Source: Eledone cirrhosa (lineage: Eukaryota). From it: DNA of 64,000 bases. The translations under genes were made by a program, and so were the position numbers. The notes under the pieces were generated by a model, which saw nothing but the letters and a program-made list of their open reading frames with translations, searched no databases and was not told the origin of the DNA. The stretch is from positions 124,620,001-124,684,000 of the forward strand of contig OZ024741.1 of NCBI GenBank assembly GCA_964016885.1, in the 5' to 3' direction. Position 1 is the stretch's first letter. Every line of letters starts with the position of its first letter. Of the stretch, positions 1 through 10,971 are shown piece after piece.

Positions 1-544
1 TACGCATATGTTGGTAGATATACTAATTCTCTCTCTCTATATATATAGTAATATTTATATTTATATTTATATATGTTTGTTATAAGTATAAATATGTAGG
101 GTAGTACTAAGTACTAGTCAGTTACCGGTATGACAAAAAGCTCAATGCAAAATTTTCAAGTGTTTTACAGAATATTATAACTCTTTCCTCATATATGCAT
201 TATTGACTGTATTGACTCCTGCATTGTACACCAATTGTCCTTGCTAATAACTTCTTTCCATGTCTTTTTTTACTTGTACTTTTTACTTATACTTATACCT
301 ATTACACTTCCAACCAGTGCTGCCTGTAATTGTGTTATTTCAAGCGGAACCACTTTTTAACTCCTGAATCTCCACATGATGCCTTTGACACTAATAACAA
401 CTATGTACCCTAAATGTTCTAAATGACTAGGATTCTAGTTACACGTTTTCGACATTCCTTATACTCCGATGATTCCAGACTTCCTTCTGGAAGAAACAAT
501 TATCAGCTAATAAATGTTCTAAACTAAAATTTGATCGTTTTAAC

Positions 545-589
<45 letters not shown>

Positions 590-672
590 ATAATAATAAA
601 TGTGAAGACTAAAATCCAAAGGGGGCTCGATAAGAATAATTATATATCAAATCAAATATATATATATAAATT

Positions 673-720
<48 letters not shown>

Positions 721-842
721 AGTAAGGTTGCTTAGATGCGTTCATAGGCGGAATGACGCTTGAGCACTCTATGCTCCTTCGGAGCAGAGTGTGATAATAT
801 GGAAAACGAAGAATACAATGATGCATCGGAACACATTTTATT

Positions 843-935
843 ACGTATTACAATTGTTTCTCCGGCGAACAGCTCGAGGTACCATCTATTTGTGGATCGA
901 ACCTGACTCTGGATTCGGAAGTTCCTCAGATACGT
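843..935 (-). ncRNA. Type I hammerhead ribozyme motif, family F1 (long stem II insert)
   Basis: Minus strand: stem I ACGUAU/AUACGU, core CUGAGGA, ~60 nt stem II region (UCCG/CGGA pairing near base), GAAA, palindromic stem III CAAUUG, GUA cleavage triplet. Confidence 0.7.
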
Positions 936-1279
936 CAAGTGATTTTGAAGCAATTCCTCTTTCCGCTGGACACTGATCCTTTGAATTTCTATCATCTGCC
1001 TTCATCCTGTTTGCGCTGTACTCCGATTAGTTGGTAGGTGGGACGTCATCTTTGTGCATGACCATTCAAATCTGCCCACTGACCATATCCATTCAGGCGT
1101 GAGCTGTCACTCACTCGAATCCCGTCACCAGAAATTACTGCTAAATGTAGGAGAGGTTTTATGACATCTCTTTCCACCCCCTGGCTTGCCCGTCACTCCA
1201 CACCTATACACCGACACGCACTTGTGGTCACACATACGCAGACATTCCGAGCCGTTAATCGCATACTTATCTGTGCGGA

Positions 1280-1660
1280 CATACACACACACACACACAC
1301 ACACGTAGAGCCTGCGTGTTTGCGTGTTCACACATATACATACATATAATCTCCTCTCACATATAGGTACAGCCATACATAGACATAGGCACACACGTAC
1401 ACATAAGTTACCCACATATATACACATACACGATCACACACATATATATATATATATATATATAAATATACACACACACATACAGACATATATATGCGTA
1501 TGCACACGCACGCACCCAAACATATATACACACGTGTGTACATATGCATACACACACACATATATATATACACACACCCTCACACACACACACGTATATA
1601 TGTGCACTCACACACAGACACACACCCACATACATACGTACGCAAATATATGTATATAAA
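1280..1660. repeat. Degenerate (CA)n/(TA)n/(CATA)n compound microsatellite
   Basis: Direct inspection; source of the HT/YI/CV-rich spurious ORFs. Confidence 0.95.
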
Positions 1661-1678
1661 CTGTACAAAAAATATTAG

Positions 1679-1771
1679 ACGTATCTGAGGAACTTGTGAA
1701 TCCAGATTCAGGTTCGATCCACAAACAGATCGCACCTCGAGCTGTTCGCCGGTGAAACAATCGTAAAACGT
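1679..1771 (+). ncRNA. Hammerhead motif F1, diverged second copy
   Basis: ACGTAT-CTGAGGA...GAAA-CAATCG-TA-AAACGT; inverted homologue of 790-937. Confidence 0.55.
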
Positions 1772-1856
1772 AATAAATTTGTGTTACGATACATCACTGA
1801 TTCTTCGTTTTCCATATTATATATATATATATATTTGTGATATATATATATATTCG

Positions 1857-1944
<88 letters not shown>

Positions 1945-2132
1945 ATAACGAAGGAAGTGTGGTAAGGAACCAGATGGACCATAATGCACCAGAGTTCTCA
2001 ATACTTAGGGTAGTAGAGTGGATAATAGGAAAATGTTTAACCCCGACGGCAGAGCTCTAGCGGTTTCGACGGCTATTTCTGTCCAGAAATAGCCGTTGAA
2101 ATGGCTTCAGCTCTGCCGTCGGGGTTGAACAT

Positions 2133-2138
<6 letters not shown>
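1945..2138. mobile_element. Short (TA)n-flanked fold-back element carrying only the 3' half of an HHR (family F12)
   Basis: Inverted repeat ~2030-2136 centred near 2081; GAAA-(C/T)GGC...GCCG-TC-GGGG; relatives at ~28958-29025, 52395-52450, 53340-53472, 56845-57365 (3 tandem), 59300-59432, 61320-61450, 63408-63540. Confidence 0.7.
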
Positions 2139-2177
<39 letters not shown>

Positions 2178-2703
2178 GAGAAGAAAGAAGAATACTGCGT
2201 GGTTGCACATGGGTTACATATGATAAAAATAGTCCTTCGTCAGTGATTTTCCAACCATCATTGGTATTTCATCGCATTAAAAATCATATACCTCAAGTTG
2301 GTGCGAGCAATAACTAAAAAAAGTTATTGGGACCAGTAAATCGCGTAAAGCGAGGGGGACAAGTAAACAACATAGAAGGATAAAAGCAAACCAAAGATAG
2401 GAAAAAAACAAACAACATGGTTTTCCGGTCAGCATAAGCTGGGTGGATTTCATGAGCGAAAGGTACAGACCGTCCGAGATGAGTGAGATGTAAGCAAGAA
2501 GAAACCCACTGTAAGCCAAACGGGAGGAAGTGAGAAGAGGAGAAACAGAGAGTGAGTGAGTGGAAGTGCGAGGAAGCGGTCAGTCGAGAGAAAATGTAAC
2601 TGAAAGAGGGGGCAAAGAAGGTGAGAGAAACAGAGAGAACGGGGAAGCAGTAAGAGAGAAACAGACAAACGCAGCCGAGGTAAATATATATATATATATA
2701 TAT

Positions 2704-3065
2704 AAAGAATTAGTATATCTACCAACATATGTATACAGATGCATACCTATGTTAGCAAATATATATGTTTTGTCTTAGTAACTTTGTGGTTCTATGCAAG
2801 GGGATGCAGAACAATTATATGAAAGACGTAAATAAGAAAGTTATGAAAATTGACTTACTAAAATTTCACTCCAACTAATTAGTTTCTGTAAGGGGATAAA
2901 AATGTTAGTAAGTAAGTCAATTTTCATAACTTTCTTATTTACGTCTTTCATATAATTGTTCTGCATCCCTTGCATAGAACCACAAAGTTACTAAGACAAA
3001 ACATATATATTTGCTAACATAGGTATGCATCTGTATACATATGTTGGTAGATATACTAATTCTTT
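2704..3065. mobile_element. Fold-back non-coding element (family F2 3' region)
   Basis: Near-perfect inverted repeat 2704-2860 / 2910-3065; left arm continues into the 3' half of HHR F2; end sequence also at 5-30. Confidence 0.8.
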
Positions 3066-3342
3066 ATAATTATCTCCAAATTATTTGTTGAGCAAAACTT
3101 GCCGAAATTACTACTGTGATTAATAGTAGCGGCTAGGCTCTGTCTTAATAGCACCCCCACTCCTAGCTGATTAACCTCAGTGTCACGTGATTGATTCTTT
3201 TGAATTTGCCACTTGACCAAGTAGGCAGTGAATTTTTCAATGTCTTGGAATCTAGCCCCCGCTCGCTTTTTTCCATCCACTGAATTATATTTATATAAGT
3301 TCCCAGTGTCCCCGCATTGCCTGGAAGCTTAGCCGAGATTAG

Positions 3343-3423
3343 ACTCCCTGATGACGTAAGGCTTCTCTATGGATACGCTCCGTAACCATATTTATCCCCT
3401 TACAGAAACTAATTAGTTGGAGT
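3343..3423 (+). ncRNA. Type I hammerhead ribozyme motif, family F2
   Basis: Stem I ACUCC/GGAGU, CUGAUGA, stem II GUAAGG/CCUUAC with ~35 nt insert, GAAA, palindromic stem III CUAAUUAG, GUU triplet. Confidence 0.8.
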
Positions 3424-3470
3424 GAAATGTTAGTAAGTAAGTCAATTTTCATAACTTTCTTATTTACGTC

Positions 3471-3533
<63 letters not shown>

Positions 3534-3692
3534 AATTGGTGCTCTGAAATAGCGATATATATATGAATGCATATATAGTGTATTTTGCAATACACTGTAT
3601 GCTTAATTAAAAGCATTTCGAAGATCTTACGCTATTGTTTTAGAGTAGTGACAGTCTCACTTACTTTAATTTTCAGCAAATAGGGGAGATAA

Positions 3693-3737
3693 AGCTGACA
3701 GAGCTCGGTTTCGCACTTTTTGGTGCTTATCAAAGCT
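3693..3737 (-). ncRNA. Hammerhead motif F3 (U3:A8 core variant)
   Basis: Reverse complement of 4196-4240 with one stem III change. Confidence 0.75.
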
Positions 3738-4011
3738 AAGTACTCCGCCTGTTTGCTGAAAATCATGAATGTTTGATTCTTATAGAATTCTAGTAATAAT
3801 CAGGAACTGATTATACAGTGCGGTTGCGGGTCAAGCAGAAATTGAAAATTAGAATTGGTGCTCTGAAATAGCGATATATATATGAATGTATATATAGTGT
3901 ATTTTGCAATACTCTGTATGCATAATTAAAAGCATTTCGAAGACCGTACGCTACTGTTTTAGAGTAGTGACAGTCTCACTTACTTTAATTTTCAGCAAGC
4001 AGGGGAGATAA

Positions 4012-4056
4012 AGCTGACAGAGCCCTGTTTCGCACTTTTTGGTGCTTATCAAAGCT
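4012..4056 (-). ncRNA. Hammerhead motif F3 (U3:A8 core variant)
   Basis: Reverse complement of 4196-4240 with one stem III change. Confidence 0.75.
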
Positions 4057-4195
4057 AAGTACTCTGCCTGTTTACTGAAAATCATGAATTTTTTATTCTT
4101 ATAGAATTCTAGTAATAATCAGGATCTGATTATACATTACTAGAATTCTATAAGAATCAAACATTCATGATTTTCAGCAAACAGGCAGAGTACTT

Positions 4196-4240
4196 AGCTT
4201 TGATAAGCACCAAAAAGTGCGAAACAGAGCTCTGTCAGCT
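4196..4240 (+). ncRNA. Hammerhead motif F3 (U3:A8 core variant)
   Basis: AGCU-UUGAUAA-GCAC(CAAAAA)GUGC-GAAA-CAGAGCUCUG-UC-AGCU; stem I extends through an internal loop via UUUUCAGCAAACAGG/CCUGUUUGCUGAAAA (4171-4263). Confidence 0.85.
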
Positions 4241-5175
4241 TTATCTCTCCTGTTTGCTGAAAATTAAAGTAAGAGACGCTGTCACTACTCTAAAACAATA
4301 ACTTAAGGTCTTCGAAAGACTTTTAATTAAGCATACAGTGTATTGCAAAATACACTATATATACATCATATATATATATATATACATTTCTATGCATATA
4401 AACATATATGTAAATAAATTTATATATATATATATATGTGTGTGTGAAGTAAATCCGTCGGAAAGGTACAGGAATATATAAACATATATGAGAAATATAT
4501 ATACATCGACACACACATAGATAAATATACACTTATTTCATGCTCTAATAATTTGATTCAGTTGAATACTCTTCAGGATATTTGCTAAATGATGCATTAA
4601 TTTCCTTTATTTACTTCCTTTCTTGGAAAAAAAAAACTCTAAATACAATACAAGCAAAACAGAAATCACACAACAAGCAAAGTATGAACAATTCAGAAAC
4701 ACTTCACGCTTGTAAAGTAATTTATCTGAAAATTCCAAAGATATTCCATTATTCCAGAATTGCCCTTTCTTATTCTAAATATACCATAATTCTTTAGAAT
4801 AATAATATCTTCATCTGTTGTTAACAAGTTATTATGTATTCAATATCATACACTTTTGGTCCGATCAGAAATAATTCTATGCATGCTCTATTTGAGCAAA
4901 TTAAATATAGGAAAATACTATGCCATATAAATTATTAATATTATTATTATTATTATTATTGGTTGGTGAAGCCACGCTTCTTATCGCCTCCAGTCTTTTT
5001 CAACGTTTTACCTCTTTTTCAACCGTTCTAAACCTTTTATTCAAGTTTTAAATTTAATAAAAGTTTAGAAGAAGTGACCCACCTAATACACGGGTTCACT
5101 AGTAAATAATACGGCACCCCTTTACGGGGTGTCGTATTCGTATTTGTGTAAAAATATTTTTTGTAAAATTTCAAC

Positions 5176-7193
5176 ATGGATAACACAAAAAAGAGAGAGA
5201 GCGCTGTCAGACAACACAGAGAGAGGGAGACTTTATCAGCATGTCAACAAGACAGCGTTCCAGCGGAGGTAAATATTAACGAAAATATTACAAAGGAAAA
5301 AAAGATTGTTACAGATTTAAAATTACCAAATATTTCTAACACAAACAACACCAACAATACACCAACAACAACACCAACAACAACACCAAAAATAACAGCG
5401 GTAAAGTCGAGAACGACAATAACAAAAATAACAGCGGTAAGGTCGAGAACGACAATAACAAAAATAACAGCGGTAAGGTTGAGAACGACAATAACAATGA
5501 CAATAACAACAGCCACAACAACAATAATAGTAGGAACAGTATCAACAAAAACAACAATAATAACAACAGCCACAATAACACTAACAGCAGCAACACTATC
5601 AACGAAAACAACACCAACAACTGTACCAGCGAAAAGAACAACAATGATACCGATACCTGTAATAGCGACCTCAGCACCACCAGTAAGACCAGTAGCGGCG
5701 GCAATAGTGGTGCTGCTGAAAAAGGGACCACTTCTTTTGCAGGTGTCGCCCGAAATATCGAGACAGTGTTAGTCACAGAGGAGGAGATGGCAGTCGCAAG
5801 GGCCATGGTCACAAGAAGCGCAAACAGAGTTTCCCTGAAACCTCCATCCGATTTTTTCAAGGACCAGCAGCTACGAACGGTGACTTACCGCACCGTAAGC
5901 AAAATTTCACATCGAGTGGAGAGAGCCACGGAGGCTCAAATCCCAAAGGCATTGGGGTGCGTCTGGGCACGCAAAACCCACATCACCCGAGGCAGAAAGT
6001 ACGCCACAGTAGATGTACTTTTCGCCACCCCCCAGGAAGCAAAGTCTCACTCTTTGGAAACCCTAAAGAGTGAGGAGTTAGTCTTGGTGCCCTCCTACTG
6101 CGGGCAGAAAATTGTGAGGGTCAGAGTGACCCAGGTCCTACCCGATGTGCCCATACCTTGGGTGGCCGCGTCTGTCCTTGCTGGAATTGAGAACAGGGCG
6201 ACCATGCTGCAAGTAGAAAAAATAGGGAGAGAGAACTGGTCAGGTATAGGCATGCAAATGCTTATACAAACTGACCAGGAATGTATCGAGGCTATCCCCG
6301 ATATCATAGGCTTTGAGGAAGGACTCCAACTCCCTATAAGTGTAGAAGGAAGACGGCCAAAATGTTATCTCCCTGGGTCGAAAGGTCACCTCAGGGCCTT
6401 TTGCCCGCAGAAGACACCGGAGAGGGCCCCTCTCCTTCCAATACCTGGTCCGCTACTAACAAAGAAGCCCCTTCCACGGTGAGTAGGAGAGCAACGTCCG
6501 TAGCACCCGTACCAAGGCCACGGATAACTAAAGCAGCATCATCAGTAGAGGCAACACCAATAGCTACATTTGAAATAGCTACACCAGCAACAACATTGCC
6601 GAAGAGGGTTCCACTAGCACCACCAACAGCCGTGGAGCACATGCCCCTCCCAGACGCCACAGAATCCGACATGGAGTTTGAGGCTGGAGTGACGCGTGGC
6701 AAACAGTCTGCCACAAAAAACGAAAAAACCCTTAGAATCACCTTCCAAAAGCGAAGGCATACAAAGAGGGGTAAAGGCAGCAAGGAAACTTGCAGCAACA
6801 CCACCACAAACACCAACAATGCAAAGACAACAAGACACACACACCAAACAGCAACAAGAAGAAAACGGCAACAAAATCACCCCTCCCCCCAAAAAGTACA
6901 CAGCCATAAACATGGCAAAAAAAGAACTCCTACAATATATAAAGCAGCACACAGACATCACGGATAAAAACTACTACACCCCACCAACACCAAGAACTCT
7001 CCCGACAAACATAAGCATCATCGAAATCTTAATAGAACAATACAAACCTTTAAAACAAAAATTCCCCAACGCAGTTGGAGACTTCAGAGGGACGGTTACC
7101 AAGAGGATATACACTGACATCCTCTTGGAAACACCCATGACCAACGAAAGGGACGGTTCTACTGTCCCTTCCCCACACGAACAAGGTAAGTGA
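5176..7193 (+). pseudogene. Tx1 ORF1 (gag-like RNA-binding protein with zinc knuckle), frameshifted
   Basis: Pieces 5176-5772, 5766-6482, 6696-7193; EGRRPKCYLPGSKGHLRAFCP matches the CX2CX4HX4C knuckle intact in copies B and C. Confidence 0.8.
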
Positions 7194-7225
7194 CCCTTTC
7201 TCATTTGCCCCGTTTCTCATCGAAC

Positions 7226-10200
7226 ATGGCTGTACTCAGAATAGGAAGTATAAATGCACGTGGCCTAGGGTCATCTTGGAAGCAGGGTAACCTGCTCAAT
7301 GACCTCAGGTCACTAAACATAGATGTGGTGGCCATCAATGAAACCAGAATCTCCGAGGCACGGGCCTTCGCACCGACCTTCGGCGGCTACAATGTATACG
7401 CATCTCCCAGCCGTCCAGGATCGGGGGGAGGGGTTGTCGTCCTTTTTCGGAGAGGCTTGGATCTCGCGATACGGGCCATCTTCCTGGACCCAGAAGGTAA
7501 GTCGGTGGTGCTGGACGTGACCGGCAGCGAAGGCAATGCTTTCAGGCTAGTAGCCGTCTACGCCCTAACAGGGGCAGGACGGCCAGATTTCTTCAGACGT
7601 CTAGAGACCTTTCTTGGAACGTCCCGCTCTTTAGTGTTAGTGGGCGACTGGAACGGTATCTTGGATGCACGCTGGGACCGTGTGGGGATAGTAGATCGGG
7701 GAGGAGGGTGCAAGAGCCTCACCAACCTGCTCAGACGTTTTGAACTGTCTGACAGGTATCGACTGGATCACCCGAATGTGCCAATGTGGACATGGACAAA
7801 ACGTATCGGGTCATCCAGATCGTATCTAGATAGGGTATTCTGCAGGGAACTAGATAAGGCTAGTATAAGTTGTCCACAATTTAAAATAGTCGACTACACA
7901 GACCACAAATTTGTGATCTGTGAGATCGACATAGACAGACTTCATAGACAAGGGCCTGGTTACTGGAAGCTGAACGCGTCTTTCCCGGCGCGCAAGGCCT
8001 ACAGAGACCGGATTAGCGTATTAGTTAAGCGGGCGTTGACGGGAGCGGTCGTCAACAACAGGTGGTGGTTCGCCCTGAAAAGGGCAATTAAAGTAGAGTC
8101 GATTAGGTTTAGTAAAGGAGTAGTGATAGAGGAAAATAGAGTAGAGGGAGAGCTAGTCAGAAAGCTAGAAGAGGCGTCTAGGACAGGCATCGCAACCGAC
8201 GTGCTTGCGGCGAGATTGGCACTCGACCAATTCTTCAACGCAAAACACGAAGGCTGCGTTGTCAGAGCTAGAGCGCATGCTCTGAAACACGAGGGGACAA
8301 AAGCCGTCCAATGGGCTCGGGTGGCAGAGGCGCGACGTGGCAATAAAGCCACAATTCGGTCTTTGTCTGACCATAATGGGTGCGTGATGCTCGAACCCGA
8401 GCGGATGTGTGAAGCTTTTCAGCAGCACTTTGCTGAACTGTTCGGAAGCAGCGGCGGCCCCGATCGGGGCATGGACTTCAGTGCATACCTCGACGGACTA
8501 CCTCGGCTCTCGACGACCGCAGCACGGTGTTGCGAAAAGCCAATAACAGCCGGTGAAATACGGGAAGCGATGTCTAACTGCACAAGAGTTAAATCGCCAG
8601 GTTTAGATGGTCAGCCCTACGAGCTTTATGCATTTATGTCAGACTTGTTCGGTGACCTCTTGGCAGACGTCTACTGCAACTGGCAGCAGAACGGGAGCAT
8701 TCCCAGTTTTGTGAGCCGGGGAGCAGTGGCGCTGCTGAGAACAAGGGGGGTGTTATTGATAATCTCCGGCCCATAACCCTGCTAAACGCAGAGTTCAAGA
8801 TTTTGGCCAAGGTGTTAGCAACGAGGTTGGCGCTTGTCGTCAAGGGTCTGGTGGGAGAGGCGCAGACATGCGCCATCCCGGATAGATCCATACACGACAA
8901 CCTCCACCTCATGCGATACATCATAGAGAGGGTGGTTAAGGAACCTGGCAAGGGTGGGGCCCTGATCAACTTGGATTAATCCAAAGCATTCGATAGGGTC
9001 GACCATCACTACCTGGCGGCGGTCCTCGAGGCAGCCGGTTTCGGGCCCGTTTTCAGGCGTTGGATCGCAGCAATGTACAGCGACATCTGCTCAGTTGTGA
9101 GGGTGAACGGTCACCTGTCGCAGCCGTTCAGCATCATGCGCTCAGTCCGCCAGGGTTGTCCCCTCTCGTCCCTCTTGTACGTATTGGCTCTTCAGCCGTT
9201 ACTGCACAAACTGGGGGCGATGAGAGGCGTCCCACGCGAACTAGGATGCGGGAAATCTGAGTCGGCTTACGCTGACGACGTCACCGTGGTGGTGTCGAGC
9301 ACCAGGCACGTCCAGATGCTCGGCACCGCTCTCAAGGAATACGAAACGGTGACAGGAGCAAAGATAAACCAGGAAAAGTCGGTGGGCTTGCAGCTAGGCA
9401 CCTGGAGAGGCAAGTCCATGCCGTCTGGCAGCGTCGTGGGGCGTTGGACGGACGGACCGGTTAAATTGCTCGGGGTCTGGTTCGGACCGGACCTCCAGAT
9501 GGAGAAAAACTGGAACGAGGTGACGAGCAGGGTGGCCTCCCTCACCCAGAAACGGGCTGAGAGGAATCTGTCCCTGAAAGGCCGGGTGGAAGTGGCGAAT
9601 GCGTACACCGCATCCGTCATCTGCTACCGCCTCACCATCATCCTTGCTCCAGCCCAACTCTCACCAAAATGGAGCGCCTCCTCTTCCGCTTTTTGTGGAA
9701 GGGACGCGCTTCCATGGTCAGACGATCCATCTGCTGTCAACACCCGTTGCGTGGAGGACTGGGCATGCCATGGCTGATGATGCGCAAACATGCGCTGAGA
9801 CTGCGACATCTCTGGTGCTTCCTTGACAGTGAACAGGTGTGGTCGCCGTTCGCCAGGCACGTTTCCCACAGCTCGTCTCCTTGACGAAGCTGAAGTCCTG
9901 GGTCAGAAAAAGACCGAGGGATACCGCTTGGAAACTGGAATGTCTCCAGGTGCTCACTGCCCTCTCCCAGTTGGGCACCAGTATCGGTGGAACATCCACC
10001 TCGGCGTTCTATAGAGGACTAGTGGTGGGGAAGAGCGACGACGTTCTCGGAGAGATCCTGGGCGTCGAAGAAGATCAGCTGCTTGCTCTCTTCCGGAGAA
10101 CTTTCAGCCCAGGACCTATGGATAACTTCCCAAAATCCCTGGCTTGGCAGTGCTACCGGGGAGCGCTGCCGGTTCGAGATAAACTCTACAGGCACGGAAG

Positions 10201-10609
10201 TGCCATCAGCCGAGCCAGTCCGAGATGCGCGCATAGCGACGAAACCGTTGTGCACGCACTCGTTCAGTGCCCGAGCATTGCTGACTTGTGGAGCTATGTC
10301 GAACAGTTGCTGTCACGTGTGGGACTGATCCGGTTGTCGACTGAGTCCACTGTGCAGATGGTCTCGCCGTCTTCCTTTGAGGAGGAAGAGCAGGCGGTTT
10401 TCATCTGCCTGGTGGCCATGGCGAAAGAGATTGTGTGGTGGACAAGGTTAAAAGGATTAAAGACAAACACTTTCCTCTTCGGAGAAGCCCTCATTAACTT
10501 TTTCAAGTTTCACTTGAAGAGGAAAATCAGGGTGAAGAGGCAAGTGCTGCTTTCTAGCAAGTTTGTTGAAAGGTGGGTGAATGTAGCGAGAATGGTCCGA
10601 GTATACTGA
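7226..10609 (+). pseudogene. Tx1 ORF2: APE endonuclease + reverse transcriptase + C-terminal Cys/His domain, frameshifted
   Basis: SINARGL, NET, GDWN, YLDR, TDHK (APE); YWKLN; KAFDRV, RQGCPLS, YADD (RT); RCAHSDETVVHALVQCP. Confidence 0.93.
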
Positions 10610-10912
10610 ATATACGTCTGTAGTTTGAGAGATGGAAAAATTGAGAGAGGGCGCTTGCCCTGGTAGTCAGGGTGGCCGTGGTCTTTTGTGTGGTTTTCGC
10701 CACGAGTAACCCTCGGAGGTTTCCCCCCTATTGGGGAATTTTTCATTGTTTAAATTTTCATTTTATTGTTTATATATATATATGTTTTATGTCTTTTTTC
10801 TTTTCTTATATATATAATAAAAATATTTACACGCACAAAACCCACATCGTACCGTCCTGTTCCATCTGTGATGTTTTTCTTGATGTCAGCCCTTGTGGCC
10901 AATAAAGAAATC

Positions 10913-10971
10913 ATTATTATTATTAAAAATAAAGAAATAAAGAAATCATTATTATTATTATTATTATTATT
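10913..10971. repeat. (ATT)n tract shared by Tx1 3' end and Dong/R4 3' end, containing a duplicated AATAAAGAAATC terminus
   Basis: Direct inspection. Confidence 0.9.

Larger units (their letters stand above)
3531..4370. mobile_element. (TA)n-flanked HHR element F3: ~1.9 tandem 319-bp units (minus) fused to an inverted partial unit (plus)
   Basis: Direct repeat starting 3532 and 3851; inversion junction ~4136; one HHR per unit. Confidence 0.85.
4961..10912 (+). mobile_element. Tx1-clade (L1-group) non-LTR retrotransposon, copy A, near full length
   Basis: Starts GG directly after (TAT)n; ORF1 + APE-RT ORF2; ends CCTTGTGGCC-AATAAA-GAAATC-(ATT)n. Confidence 0.92.

Noticed and set aside
1125-2060. 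Many 60-110 aa ORFs rich in YI/HT/CV repeats here and across the window
   Set aside because: Translations of (TA)n, (CA)n and (GT)n microsatellites, which lack stops in some frames.
2225-2250. Minus-strand CUGACGA-AGGAC resembling an HHR 5' half
   Set aside because: No GAAA box or matching stem I partner found; at best a deleted remnant.
2704-3065. Fold-back elements as MITEs of DNA transposons
   Set aside because: Arms are unequal, junctions variable, single-arm and tandem copies exist, and they carry PLE-type HHRs; no transposase is present in the window.
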